From a virus: a stretch of DNA of 64,000 nucleotides. The notes beneath the pieces were generated by a model. The model was given only the letters and a program-made list of their open reading frames with translations, was not told where the DNA came from and did no database searches. A program made the translations under genes and the position numbers. Numbering within the stretch: the stretch's first letter is position 1; each line of letters begins with the position of its first letter. This document shows, one piece after another, positions 36,840 through 45,707 of this stretch. Location: the IMG/VR virus record IMGVR_UViG_3300008267_000022, positions 19,704-83,703 of that record. One strand, written 5' to 3'.

Positions 36840-39569
36840 CTAGTTGAAATTAAAGAATTTTGCTTTAAACGGGTTCAAATTTAATACCCACCCAATGTCA
36901 TTGTATACGCCTTCCAACTTGTTTCTAATTACACTATCAAACAAACCATCACGATCAATATACTTATTAATTAAATCTGTTACCTCAGATGGATCGTTAT
37001 ATCCGTTATACCCCATTACTTCTATTTGGTATGGGTTTGGTTTTAAAATAGCAATATACATTTTATCTCCAATTGTAAATTCGGGATACTTTACATGAAG
37101 GTTTTTATGTCGTAAATAGTCATTGTAAATAATAGCTGCTTTTGTATTAACAGGACATTTTAATTTTAATTTAGAGAATAACTCACCAGGCATAGGTTTA
37201 CGCTCAATATATTCACCCATTTTCTTTAATCCAGTTGGTTTAAGTAATTTAATCCACTCTACAGTTTGAATTGAGTTTTTAAAGTCCATTACATCCTTAT
37301 CTATTTCTTCTTTTGATTTACTAAATAAGATGTTTTTGATAAGCTGTTCTCCAAAGTTTCTAAAGTAAGGGGGGAAATTAGATTTCATAATATCCAATCC
37401 TTTCATTTCAAGTTCCTCAATTGGTACCCCCTCTTTATTTACAATATACATAGCATAACGACGTTTACCGGACCAATATGCTTTTTCAGCAATTACTTCT
37501 TGTTTTAATTCAAAATAATGCTTGCCATGCATATTAAATAAATCTTGAGTAATATTATTTAAATTAGCATTTGCTACTGTTTGAAGTTCACTTGTTAATG
37601 TTAATAATCGTTTAATTTTTTCTTCACGATCATTATAATCTAAATCAGGATTGCGTTTTTTAAGTAAATCCGTTAACTCCATATAAAGTGAATCTGTATC
37701 TGAAGCGATAACAAATGTTTTAGGGTCAATTTCAAGTTGGTCTGATATATATTGGTTTACAAAAGTGATTGATTCTTTGGTTAGGCGTTGGCCACTGTTT
37801 GTAATTGCTGCAGAACATATTTTAAATCCATCAGTAAAGCGCCATGAATTAATTGCATATGTACCGTATAAAGCGTTTTGTAAGATTTTAAATGCCATTT
37901 GGTACAAATCATATAATTTATAGTTTGCCCAATCTTCTGCTTTACCTGCTTTTTTCTTAAGTGCTCTATAATGCTCTCGTTTTCCAAACCAATCTTCTAA
38001 TACTTCACAAGCAATACTTTTTTTACTTGTTGTAAAAAATGCTCCACTAGCAGATATGGTCCACTCATTATCTTCTATAAGTCTAATAAGAGCACCTATT
38101 GTTATATTTGCATCTTTTAATTTATAAGAATATTTATTTAATCTTTGTATGTGGATTTTTTCTTCAGGGTCACGTTGTTTTAATTGTTCAAGTGAATTAT
38201 ATTGCTCATAATTAGTTTTAGTAACAATTCTACCCATTAACGTTTCAACACCTAAATTCAATGATTTAATAATTGAAGGATATAGTGAGGTAAAGTCAAG
38301 GTCACTTACATCTGAGTATAATCCAGGTATAGGGTCAAGTAGGTAGCCTCCAGCGTATGAGTCTTTTTTCTTAATAGTTTTAGGGTTTCGAGCAATGTAC
38401 TTCCCAGCTGCTGTTTTAACTATAACTTGATTTTCTTCAAAACTATAAACAATACCTTCAACGGTTGGAGTACCTCGTTGTTGCATAACAGGATCACCTA
38501 ATTCTAATTCTCTAATTAAAGGGTTAGTAGTAGTTGGTTTGTTAGGTGCAATTATATTTTTACGTTTTAAATACGTTAAAATAGCACCTTCATTCAATGC
38601 TGTATTGTAGTAGATAGATTCGTAAGGTGTATGGCATAGGTGGGAAATTAAAATAGTTAATTCAATAAACTTTTGTTTTTCCTCTAACGCCTCTATAATC
38701 TCAACATCTCGAATATTATAATCTATAAATTTATTTGGATCTTCTTTAAATAAGGTATCTAAATTACCATTATATTCAATTTTACCTAATTTAGCATATT
38801 TAGTTCCAATATCACCTAACTTATATGATGGTTCTTCCTTCATAATATATTTACGAAGCAAATGCATATAGTCTAAGCTATTAACTAACCCAATACGAAT
38901 CGGCGAATTTGGTTGAGATGGTACTTCTTCAACTTTACCCACAGGAGATAACCGATTTACCGCATCTCCTAAACGTTTTTTAATTCTGTAATATAAATAT
39001 GGAATATCAAAGAAATCACTGTTATAACCTACAACAATAGTAGGGTCCATTTGTTCCCACTTGCTTAAAAATTTATTTAATAAAGTGTTTTCATCAGGAC
39101 AAGGTACAACTTTTTTACCCTCTGAATCAATTTCTTCAATGTTATTTGCTTTATCTAAAATAAAGCATATTTTTTCTTTAGTAGAGGTATCAATTAAAGC
39201 AATTGCTGTTATTTCAGCATTTGCTTCTTTAATTGTTTGGGGTGTAAGTGCACCTAAAATTTCAATCTCAATATCTAAATAAACTGTATTATGGTAAGAT
39301 GGCATTTCATCGGTTTCGGAATATAAATCTCTTAGTAATACAATTTCACGATCAATATCTTTTTCTAAGATAGTAGGATCTTTTCTATCGTATTTACCTT
39401 GAAGAGCAGAACATCTATCACCAAATAATGTTTCAAATTCACCATCTTCATCAAGTTTATAAACAGTGGGCCAATATTGGAATTTATGTATTCCTTTTTT
39501 ATCATCCCGTAGAAAATAATGCCATTGATCTTCTCCAGGTAATCTATTATAGAAAACCGATTGGTACAT
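36840..39569 (-). CDS. family B DNA polymerase
   Basis: Exo DIE, YNSDFFD, YNIRDV; pol DFTSLYPS, KILQNALYG, DTDS, KRRY. Confidence 0.95.
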   Translation of the reverse strand: MYQSVFYNRLPGEDQWHYFLRDDKKGIHKFQYWPTVYKLDEDGEFETLFGDRCSALQGKYDRKDPTILEKDIDREIVLLRDLYSETDEMPSYHNTVYLDIEIEILGALTPQTIKEANAEITAIALIDTSTKEKICFILDKANNIEEIDSEGKKVVPCPDENTLLNKFLSKWEQMDPTIVVGYNSDFFDIPYLYYRIKKRLGDAVNRLSPVGKVEEVPSQPNSPIRIGLVNSLDYMHLLRKYIMKEEPSYKLGDIGTKYAKLGKIEYNGNLDTLFKEDPNKFIDYNIRDVEIIEALEEKQKFIELTILISHLCHTPYESIYYNTALNEGAILTYLKRKNIIAPNKPTTTNPLIRELELGDPVMQQRGTPTVEGIVYSFEENQVIVKTAAGKYIARNPKTIKKKDSYAGGYLLDPIPGLYSDVSDLDFTSLYPSIIKSLNLGVETLMGRIVTKTNYEQYNSLEQLKQRDPEEKIHIQRLNKYSYKLKDANITIGALIRLIEDNEWTISASGAFFTTSKKSIACEVLEDWFGKREHYRALKKKAGKAEDWANYKLYDLYQMAFKILQNALYGTYAINSWRFTDGFKICSAAITNSGQRLTKESITFVNQYISDQLEIDPKTFVIASDTDSLYMELTDLLKKRNPDLDYNDREEKIKRLLTLTSELQTVANANLNNITQDLFNMHGKHYFELKQEVIAEKAYWSGKRRYAMYIVNKEGVPIEELEMKGLDIMKSNFPPYFRNFGEQLIKNILFSKSKEEIDKDVMDFKNSIQTVEWIKLLKPTGLKKMGEYIERKPMPGELFSKLKLKCPVNTKAAIIYNDYLRHKNLHVKYPEFTIGDKMYIAILKPNPYQIEVMGYNGYNDPSEVTDLINKYIDRDGLFDSVIRNKLEGVYNDIGWVLNLNPFKAKFFNFN

Positions 39570-39586
39570 AACTTTTATTTAAATTT

Positions 39587-40204
39587 TTATTTAAAGAACT
39601 TACTTAGATCAGGTCTGAAGTAGTTAATATTTTTCATAACTTTTCTATCGCGTGTTCTATAGACGATAAAATATTTATTAACCTGTTCATAGTGACATGG
39701 TTCCTTTTGCTCTGCGGAACGTACTCTAACGGTTTCTTGTGCCTCTTCTTCACTAATGCAAGCTTTACTAAGATTCGATGCTTGTACTTCTTGATATGCG
39801 GGCCATACTTTATCCTTAAGACCATGTAACATAGTGCCGTTACCAAGCGAAACGTAGGTAATGTCACATAAAGCATCAAGCACTTCAACAATATTGTTTG
39901 TCTCACAAGCATGTTTATATTCCTCGAGTTCTTCCAAAATAAAATTATAGACAAACATCCACTCCTTCTCGTCGGGAATGACCGGGTTATAATTATTGGG
40001 TTTTCCCATCACTGCATTGAATTCTTCAACTTCTGATATAAATGGTGTGTATGTTTCTTTTAGGTCATTGATTTCTTTATTTAATCTATTCCATTCTTGG
40101 ATTACATCATTTCCAAATTCAATTTTAGACATTACAGAAAGATCTATTGCTTGGCCTTTTAGTAGTTCGATTAATTCTTCTTGTTTTTGTTCTAGTAGTG
40201 TCAT
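39587..40204 (-). CDS. all-alpha NTP pyrophosphohydrolase (MazG/PRA-PH-like)
   Basis: EELEEY...EVLDALCDITYV...EVQASNLSK. Confidence 0.8.
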   Translation of the reverse strand: MTLLEQKQEELIELLKGQAIDLSVMSKIEFGNDVIQEWNRLNKEINDLKETYTPFISEVEEFNAVMGKPNNYNPVIPDEKEWMFVYNFILEELEEYKHACETNNIVEVLDALCDITYVSLGNGTMLHGLKDKVWPAYQEVQASNLSKACISEEEAQETVRVRSAEQKEPCHYEQVNKYFIVYRTRDRKVMKNINYFRPDLSKFFK

Positions 40205-40205
40205 A

Positions 40206-40433
40206 TTAAATAGAGGTTGAAGGGTCAATTAATTTTAATGCTTGAAGAGTTTCAAGTTTATCTTCAGCTTCAGCTAATTGAGCTACAAACTTATCCATTT
40301 CTTCTAAATGTTGAGGATGTTCTCCAATACCAACTGAACTTGTAAAATAAATTGCTAATGTTGCTTTTGCTTCTGCAATTTGGGCTATGTATTTTGACTC
40401 TAAAGCCTCATAGAGTAATTGTGTTTTGTCCAT
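40206..40433 (-). CDS. phage hypothetical protein
   Basis: VGIGEHP motif, coiled coil. Confidence 0.7.
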   Translation of the reverse strand: MDKTQLLYEALESKYIAQIAEAKATLAIYFTSSVGIGEHPQHLEEMDKFVAQLAEAEDKLETLQALKLIDPSTSI

Positions 40434-40438
40434 AATTT

Positions 40439-40849
40439 TTATTTTAAATAATCTTGTATTGTTTTTGAATCTTTTTCTTCCCATGGGTATACAATCCAAT
40501 CATCTGAAAAGAATTTATTAGCTGAAAAATCTGGGTTGAAGTTAGATGTGTATGGTTTAAAATGTAAGCAGGCAAATATAGAGTGGGGGTATTTAAGAAA
40601 AAATTCTTTGAATGTTTCTCCACTATCACAAATATCATCTACAATCAAAACATTTTGTCGGGCTAATTCTTGGGTCATTGGGATGCCTAACTTATGTGAA
40701 AGCATTACAGCAGGTATAAGTCCTCCTCGTTGTAAACCAAATATGTACTCTATTTGGATTCCTGATTGTGCAATTTGTTGTGCTAAGAGATCAACTAGTT
40801 CTTCTATCTCTTCCCAGCTATAGAATAATTTAGATTTGGTGTCCACCAT
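40439..40849 (-). CDS. type I phosphoribosyltransferase (Gpt-like)
   Basis: RGGLIPA, LIVDDICDSGET, WIVYPWE. Confidence 0.9.
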   Translation of the reverse strand: MVDTKSKLFYSWEEIEELVDLLAQQIAQSGIQIEYIFGLQRGGLIPAVMLSHKLGIPMTQELARQNVLIVDDICDSGETFKEFFLKYPHSIFACLHFKPYTSNFNPDFSANKFFSDDWIVYPWEEKDSKTIQDYLK

Positions 40850-41528
40850 TATTAACTTTTAATGAATCAAAGAATTCTATACGAGCTTGGTTGCTATTTT
40901 CCATAAACACACCGGATGCTTTAGTTGTAACCATTGAAGCACCTTGATGTTTTACGCCACGGCAAGATACACAATTGTGAGTTGCTACTACAGTCACAAT
41001 AACACCTTTATTACCTTCACATACTTTATCTACAGCATTATGAATAGCAGATGTTAATTGTTCTTGGATTGCTCCTCTACGACCAAATAATTCTACAATT
41101 CTATTTAATTTAGATAAACCAATTACTTGTCCTTCTTTACCAACTACATAACCAATATGTACAACTCCTCCAATTGTTTGGTGATGATGGGAACACATTG
41201 AAGTTAACGGAATGTTACGTTCAATAACAATACCATCATACCCATCTGAGGGGAATGAAGTAATATCTGACATGGCATTATAGCGGCCTGCAAATAAATC
41301 AAATACATAAGCTTTAGCTACACGGCGAGGCGTTTCCATTGAGTTAGGGTCATTTTTCCAATCAACTCCTAAAGCATCTAAAAATTGTCCATAAGCTTTT
41401 TCAGCTTCATCTACCATATCCCATTTTTCTTTTTCAGTAAGGGGAAATCCAGGTGCAACTCCATTTGCAAAACCTACTTTAACACACTCTAGATCAGTGT
41501 GGTTTTTTCTACGTTTATTTTCTGTCAT
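40830..41528 (-). CDS. folE: GTP cyclohydrolase I
   Basis: TPRRVAK, SMCSHH, GLSKLNR, QEQLT, HNCVSCRG. Confidence 0.95.
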   Translation of the reverse strand: MTENKRRKNHTDLECVKVGFANGVAPGFPLTEKEKWDMVDEAEKAYGQFLDALGVDWKNDPNSMETPRRVAKAYVFDLFAGRYNAMSDITSFPSDGYDGIVIERNIPLTSMCSHHHQTIGGVVHIGYVVGKEGQVIGLSKLNRIVELFGRRGAIQEQLTSAIHNAVDKVCEGNKGVIVTVVATHNCVSCRGVKHQGASMVTTKASGVFMENSNQARIEFFDSLKVNNGGHQI

Positions 41529-41553
41529 ATAACTTTGAATTGTTTTTAGATGA

Positions 41554-41583
41554 ATATAAAAAGGCCCCTTAAAGGGGCCAAAT
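41554..41583 (-). promoter_or_regulatory. TTTGG-N19-TATATT promoter with embedded terminator hairpin
   Basis: GGCCCCTT/AGGGGCC + T-run overlapping the promoter of folE. Confidence 0.6.
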
Positions 41584-41608
41584 TATTTTTCAAAAAACAT
41601 TGATTTTT

Positions 41609-44083
41609 TTAGAATGGATCAACAGTTAATGTTGGGCTACCACCAGCAAAGAAGTTTGGTTGATTTACTGTTACAACAGATGAAGTATAAGTATAAATCA
41701 ATTGGGCTGGGCTGACGATGTTTCCTGAGTTATCTATTATTTGGGTAAATAATTTAAAATCATTATTTCTAGGGTCAGCGGAGTTAGCTATTAAGTTAGG
41801 GAACACCATATTAACATTATACCAATATGATTGGTAGCTATACCCTATGTTATAATTTACCCCTCCAGAATATGGCATAGAAGGTATAAGTGATGATGAA
41901 CATACTGTACCTCCTAAATTAGGTAAAATGGTCCAACCTGTAGGAGAACCAACGGATGGGACAAATGGGATAGTTTGGGCAGAATATAATGGTAAAGTTG
42001 CACCGAAAAATCCTCCTGATCCTGAATAGAATGTAGGTGCGGTTACTGATCCTGTTAGTAATCTAGTATTTCCCCAAGGTTGGGTGTATTTTGATGAGTT
42101 ATTATTAGTTTGGGAAACAGTGTTAGGTGGAAGTGAAGCAAAGCTAGAAGAATTAAATGAATCTAAAATAGCAGTTGGGTGGCCTTTGTACTTATTATAC
42201 CCATAACAATCAGTACATCCACCAAAATTTAAACAATCCGCTACTTCAGGCATTGGTATTGTTATAGACCAGAATCCAGATGGATTGTTTTCAACAAACA
42301 CTATACTAGGATAAGCAGTTCTATGAATGTAAAATGTCAGGGGAACATTAGGATCACCACAAACACTGTTAGGAGTTACAGATCGAGGTACTATTAACTT
42401 ATACCCAGCATAATATCTGTAATTAGTACAATCTGTTACTATAGGGCCTACATTGTTAATTAGAATTGCTTCTTGATTTAATAATTCATTCTTATAATGA
42501 AGATAATCAACAGCATTGTCAAAAGTCATATATATTTGACCTAAAACAGCTCCATTAGATGCAAATCCATTAGCAGGAACATTAGTTTTATCAAATGTTA
42601 TAGTTGCTGGTTTAGGAATATCACATGCATTAGCTAAATATGTTGTAAATACGTTACACTGTGTTCCACCATCTAGAGAAATATAGTTCCAAGGGTGGTA
42701 GGTTTGATTAGGGCTACTTGAACCATAATAAGAAATATAATCTAAATCTGAAGAATATGCAAAGCATCCTGAAGCATTTACTATTAATCTTTGGTTAAGG
42801 CATGGGTTTTGTGATGCTAATACTCTGTCAAGGTTAATAGAGGTTATTTTTCTTGGTGGGTTGCTGTCAAATGTACAATCTTCACAATCAAATTTATCCA
42901 AACATTGCATTTTTAATTGCCAACTTGTTTGTGGATTTGTTGGGTTTGGAGTAATTATAATTTCTAATTGGTCAGTAGCTGTTCTTTCTAATCCTGTTAA
43001 GCTAAGTACTCTTTTAAGACCACCACCATAATCTACTGATGTTTTAGGGTAAACACCACTTGTGAAAGATTGACTGTAGTATAAATTACTAGCTGTTACT
43101 GCTGGGAATGCTAAATTTACATCACTTCCTATGTTTATGTTTTCTAAATAAATTGGCCCTGAATATAATGTTGGGTTAGTAGTAGCTGATGGGTTACCAG
43201 ATTTAAATTTAATGATTAAATTATCATAAATGTTATAACCAGTGAATTGGTAAGCAAAATGGATAGTAGATAATGATAAATCATAAGTTGCTGATATAGG
43301 GGGAACGGCAACTCCATTACCAGTTGCTGTTAAGCTTACTTGGTGGGTATAAGGTAAAGGGAATGTTCCATTATCACATTTAAATGCTGAGACTACTGCT
43401 GTTTCAAAACAACTGTCAAATGGAATATTTACTCCATTACCTGATCCACTTACACTGCTATAAGTAGTTCCATTTATGATAACATCATGGATTATCCCTT
43501 CATAATTTCCTGCTACTACCATAGGAGCAGTATTAGCAGCTATAGTTAATGGGTGAGGGAATTGGTAATTAAAAGTAGAACCAAACCCTGTTGTAATAGC
43601 TGGGGCTGAGTAGTCACCATTTAAGTACCATCCTATGACATAATCTGTAACTGTTCCGCATGTACTGATTAAGTTGCCAGCAATAATTCGTCCTACTGTA
43701 GTAGGATCATATGTATCAAATTCAATCCCACATTCAGTACACCAACTAGTGCAATCACTAATGTCAATGAGAGAATAACAACATTCAGTAGTAATAGCAC
43801 CCGCAGCTATATCATCTGGGTTGAAGATTGAAGCTACACTCATTTGATTTACACATTGGTCTACTATTAATAGTTGTGTAGCATTGTTGGGAATACCATT
43901 AACAGTATAAGGGCATGTTCCTGTTGGTGGAGGAAATAATGCTGATAACGGGATGTTAGTAGCTATAGGGGTAGTAAAACCATCAGCATTAGTGTATACT
44001 GAGAAACTACCTAATCCACCATTTGAAAGGTTAGTAGGGTCAAAGTTGGTTGATAGCGGGTCTAAACAGATAGTGTAGTTCAT
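41609..44083 (-). CDS. large Cys/Thr/Asn-rich putative virion protein
   Basis: 824 aa, beta-rich composition, in the late-type block. Confidence 0.6.
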   Translation of the reverse strand: MNYTICLDPLSTNFDPTNLSNGGLGSFSVYTNADGFTTPIATNIPLSALFPPPTGTCPYTVNGIPNNATQLLIVDQCVNQMSVASIFNPDDIAAGAITTECCYSLIDISDCTSWCTECGIEFDTYDPTTVGRIIAGNLISTCGTVTDYVIGWYLNGDYSAPAITTGFGSTFNYQFPHPLTIAANTAPMVVAGNYEGIIHDVIINGTTYSSVSGSGNGVNIPFDSCFETAVVSAFKCDNGTFPLPYTHQVSLTATGNGVAVPPISATYDLSLSTIHFAYQFTGYNIYDNLIIKFKSGNPSATTNPTLYSGPIYLENINIGSDVNLAFPAVTASNLYYSQSFTSGVYPKTSVDYGGGLKRVLSLTGLERTATDQLEIIITPNPTNPQTSWQLKMQCLDKFDCEDCTFDSNPPRKITSINLDRVLASQNPCLNQRLIVNASGCFAYSSDLDYISYYGSSSPNQTYHPWNYISLDGGTQCNVFTTYLANACDIPKPATITFDKTNVPANGFASNGAVLGQIYMTFDNAVDYLHYKNELLNQEAILINNVGPIVTDCTNYRYYAGYKLIVPRSVTPNSVCGDPNVPLTFYIHRTAYPSIVFVENNPSGFWSITIPMPEVADCLNFGGCTDCYGYNKYKGHPTAILDSFNSSSFASLPPNTVSQTNNNSSKYTQPWGNTRLLTGSVTAPTFYSGSGGFFGATLPLYSAQTIPFVPSVGSPTGWTILPNLGGTVCSSSLIPSMPYSGGVNYNIGYSYQSYWYNVNMVFPNLIANSADPRNNDFKLFTQIIDNSGNIVSPAQLIYTYTSSVVTVNQPNFFAGGSPTLTVDPF

Positions 44084-44107
44084 GTTTTTGTTTTTTTATT
44101 TTTTATA

Positions 44108-45673
44108 TTAACAATTATTGTGGTGGGTAGTAAGACCAACTTGCCAGTAAGTTGAACCACTACACGCTAATGTTTTAGTGTCATTACTTCCCGATGTTGT
44201 AATGTAATTTATTTCATCTACAATAGTCATAGGTTCTGATGGCGTCCAAGCTGTTGTCCATGCTTTAACTCCTAATTCTGAAGCTACATGGTCTATACGG
44301 CAAGATAATCCCATACTAGAAGCAATAATAGTACCTGCAGGAGCACATACTCCTGGTGCTGGGCATCCATCACCTGCAAAATTTAAACCTATAACTTTCC
44401 ATGTTCCTGAAAAATTAGCTATTAATGTAGATCCTGAATCTCCTGCCCATATAGGGAATGGGCACACAGTTGCTGATCCTCCAGCTACTGGTGGGGTATA
44501 AGATGCACTGTTAAATGGTTTAACAAATTTAAGTAAATCTGTAAATAATGCTGGTGTGCTTACACCTTGTAATGGGTATGATACAGGCCCTGCAAAATAA
44601 CCAAAGAATCTTATTGGGCATAAAGTAGTTGGAGATCCTTTAACACCTGTAGATCTTCCAGAGCTGTAAAGTTCTGGGTTAGTAGCTAATAAGTTATTAA
44701 TTTCTGCAGTAGATGCAAAAGGCATTGCTGGAAGGTATGGTAAACCATGTTGTTGCCATGATGAGCTATTTGCTACTCCAACATTATCACTTCCTGAGCA
44801 ATAGATAGAGAATATAGCTCCATCTACTCTATTAATTTTAGTAGGTGTAGCTGTAGTAGTAGTAGTACTGTATAAAGGCACATATCTAATTACTCTTCCT
44901 ATATTATCCGTGCTAGTTACTGGTTGTGCTGAAAATTCTCCACTTTGATATACTAATTCTGTATATGAACTAGGAGGAGTGTTATTTCCGTTTCCATCTA
45001 CTAAATCAAATTCATTTTGAGGGTTAGTGTATGTTCTTTCATTAGTGTAAAAAGCATCTCTAATTACTACGTGGTTGTTAGTTAAACCAACTAAAGCATT
45101 AGTAGCTGTATCTTGACAAACTAGCCCCATAGTACCTACTGATCCTGCGGCTGCAAATGGTGTTGAGTGGGAAGTAGAAGTAATAGAAATTCCTCCTTTT
45201 ATAGGTCTCATTCTATTTCTATTCGTTGGAGATTGAACAGTAGCCGAAAAAGGACCAGCTCCAGCCCAATACCAAGGTAATTCCCCTTGATAGCAAGAAG
45301 AATCGCAAGCCATAGCCGTTGGGGATCCAGCCTCTAAAAGTATTTGAGTATCTAATGCACCGTTACCTGATCCTGAAAGGCGAACTAGTTTGTAATCATT
45401 TATAAAACTAGCAATAGAGCTGGAGGTTGTTGATCCAGAATCTAAATATGATGCTGCAGGGATTGTAAGAAATAATGAAGCTGTTCCTGTGAATTGAACA
45501 TATTCGTCCCATAAAGCATATGCTCCAGCTAAGGATCCAGTTTTAGACCCACTATATCGCAATTTTATACCATATCCTACAGTTGTTCCTTCAAGTCCTT
45601 TATCTATAGTGTCTAAGGACATAGAGATTAAAAATTCTCTTACACTATCATTATAATCAAAATAATCTGCCAT
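44108..45673 (-). CDS. trypsin-like (S1) serine protease domain protein, putative virion component
   Basis: LTNNHV, DGAI and GDSGS catalytic triad motifs. Confidence 0.75.
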   Translation of the reverse strand: MADYFDYNDSVREFLISMSLDTIDKGLEGTTVGYGIKLRYSGSKTGSLAGAYALWDEYVQFTGTASLFLTIPAASYLDSGSTTSSSIASFINDYKLVRLSGSGNGALDTQILLEAGSPTAMACDSSCYQGELPWYWAGAGPFSATVQSPTNRNRMRPIKGGISITSTSHSTPFAAAGSVGTMGLVCQDTATNALVGLTNNHVVIRDAFYTNERTYTNPQNEFDLVDGNGNNTPPSSYTELVYQSGEFSAQPVTSTDNIGRVIRYVPLYSTTTTTATPTKINRVDGAIFSIYCSGSDNVGVANSSSWQQHGLPYLPAMPFASTAEINNLLATNPELYSSGRSTGVKGSPTTLCPIRFFGYFAGPVSYPLQGVSTPALFTDLLKFVKPFNSASYTPPVAGGSATVCPFPIWAGDSGSTLIANFSGTWKVIGLNFAGDGCPAPGVCAPAGTIIASSMGLSCRIDHVASELGVKAWTTAWTPSEPMTIVDEINYITTSGSNDTKTLACSGSTYWQVGLTTHHNNC

Positions 45674-45707
45674 TTTTTTATTTTTTTATTTTTTTATTTT
45701 TTATTTT

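Noticed and set aside
38355-38530. Intein in the DNA polymerase
   Set aside because: The insert is ~50 aa and lacks the N-terminal Cys/Ser and C-terminal His-Asn
45674-45707. A/T-rich TTTTTTA-type repeat between virion genes
   Set aside because: Low-complexity A-rich leader typical of this genome; no sign of function beyond translation initiation
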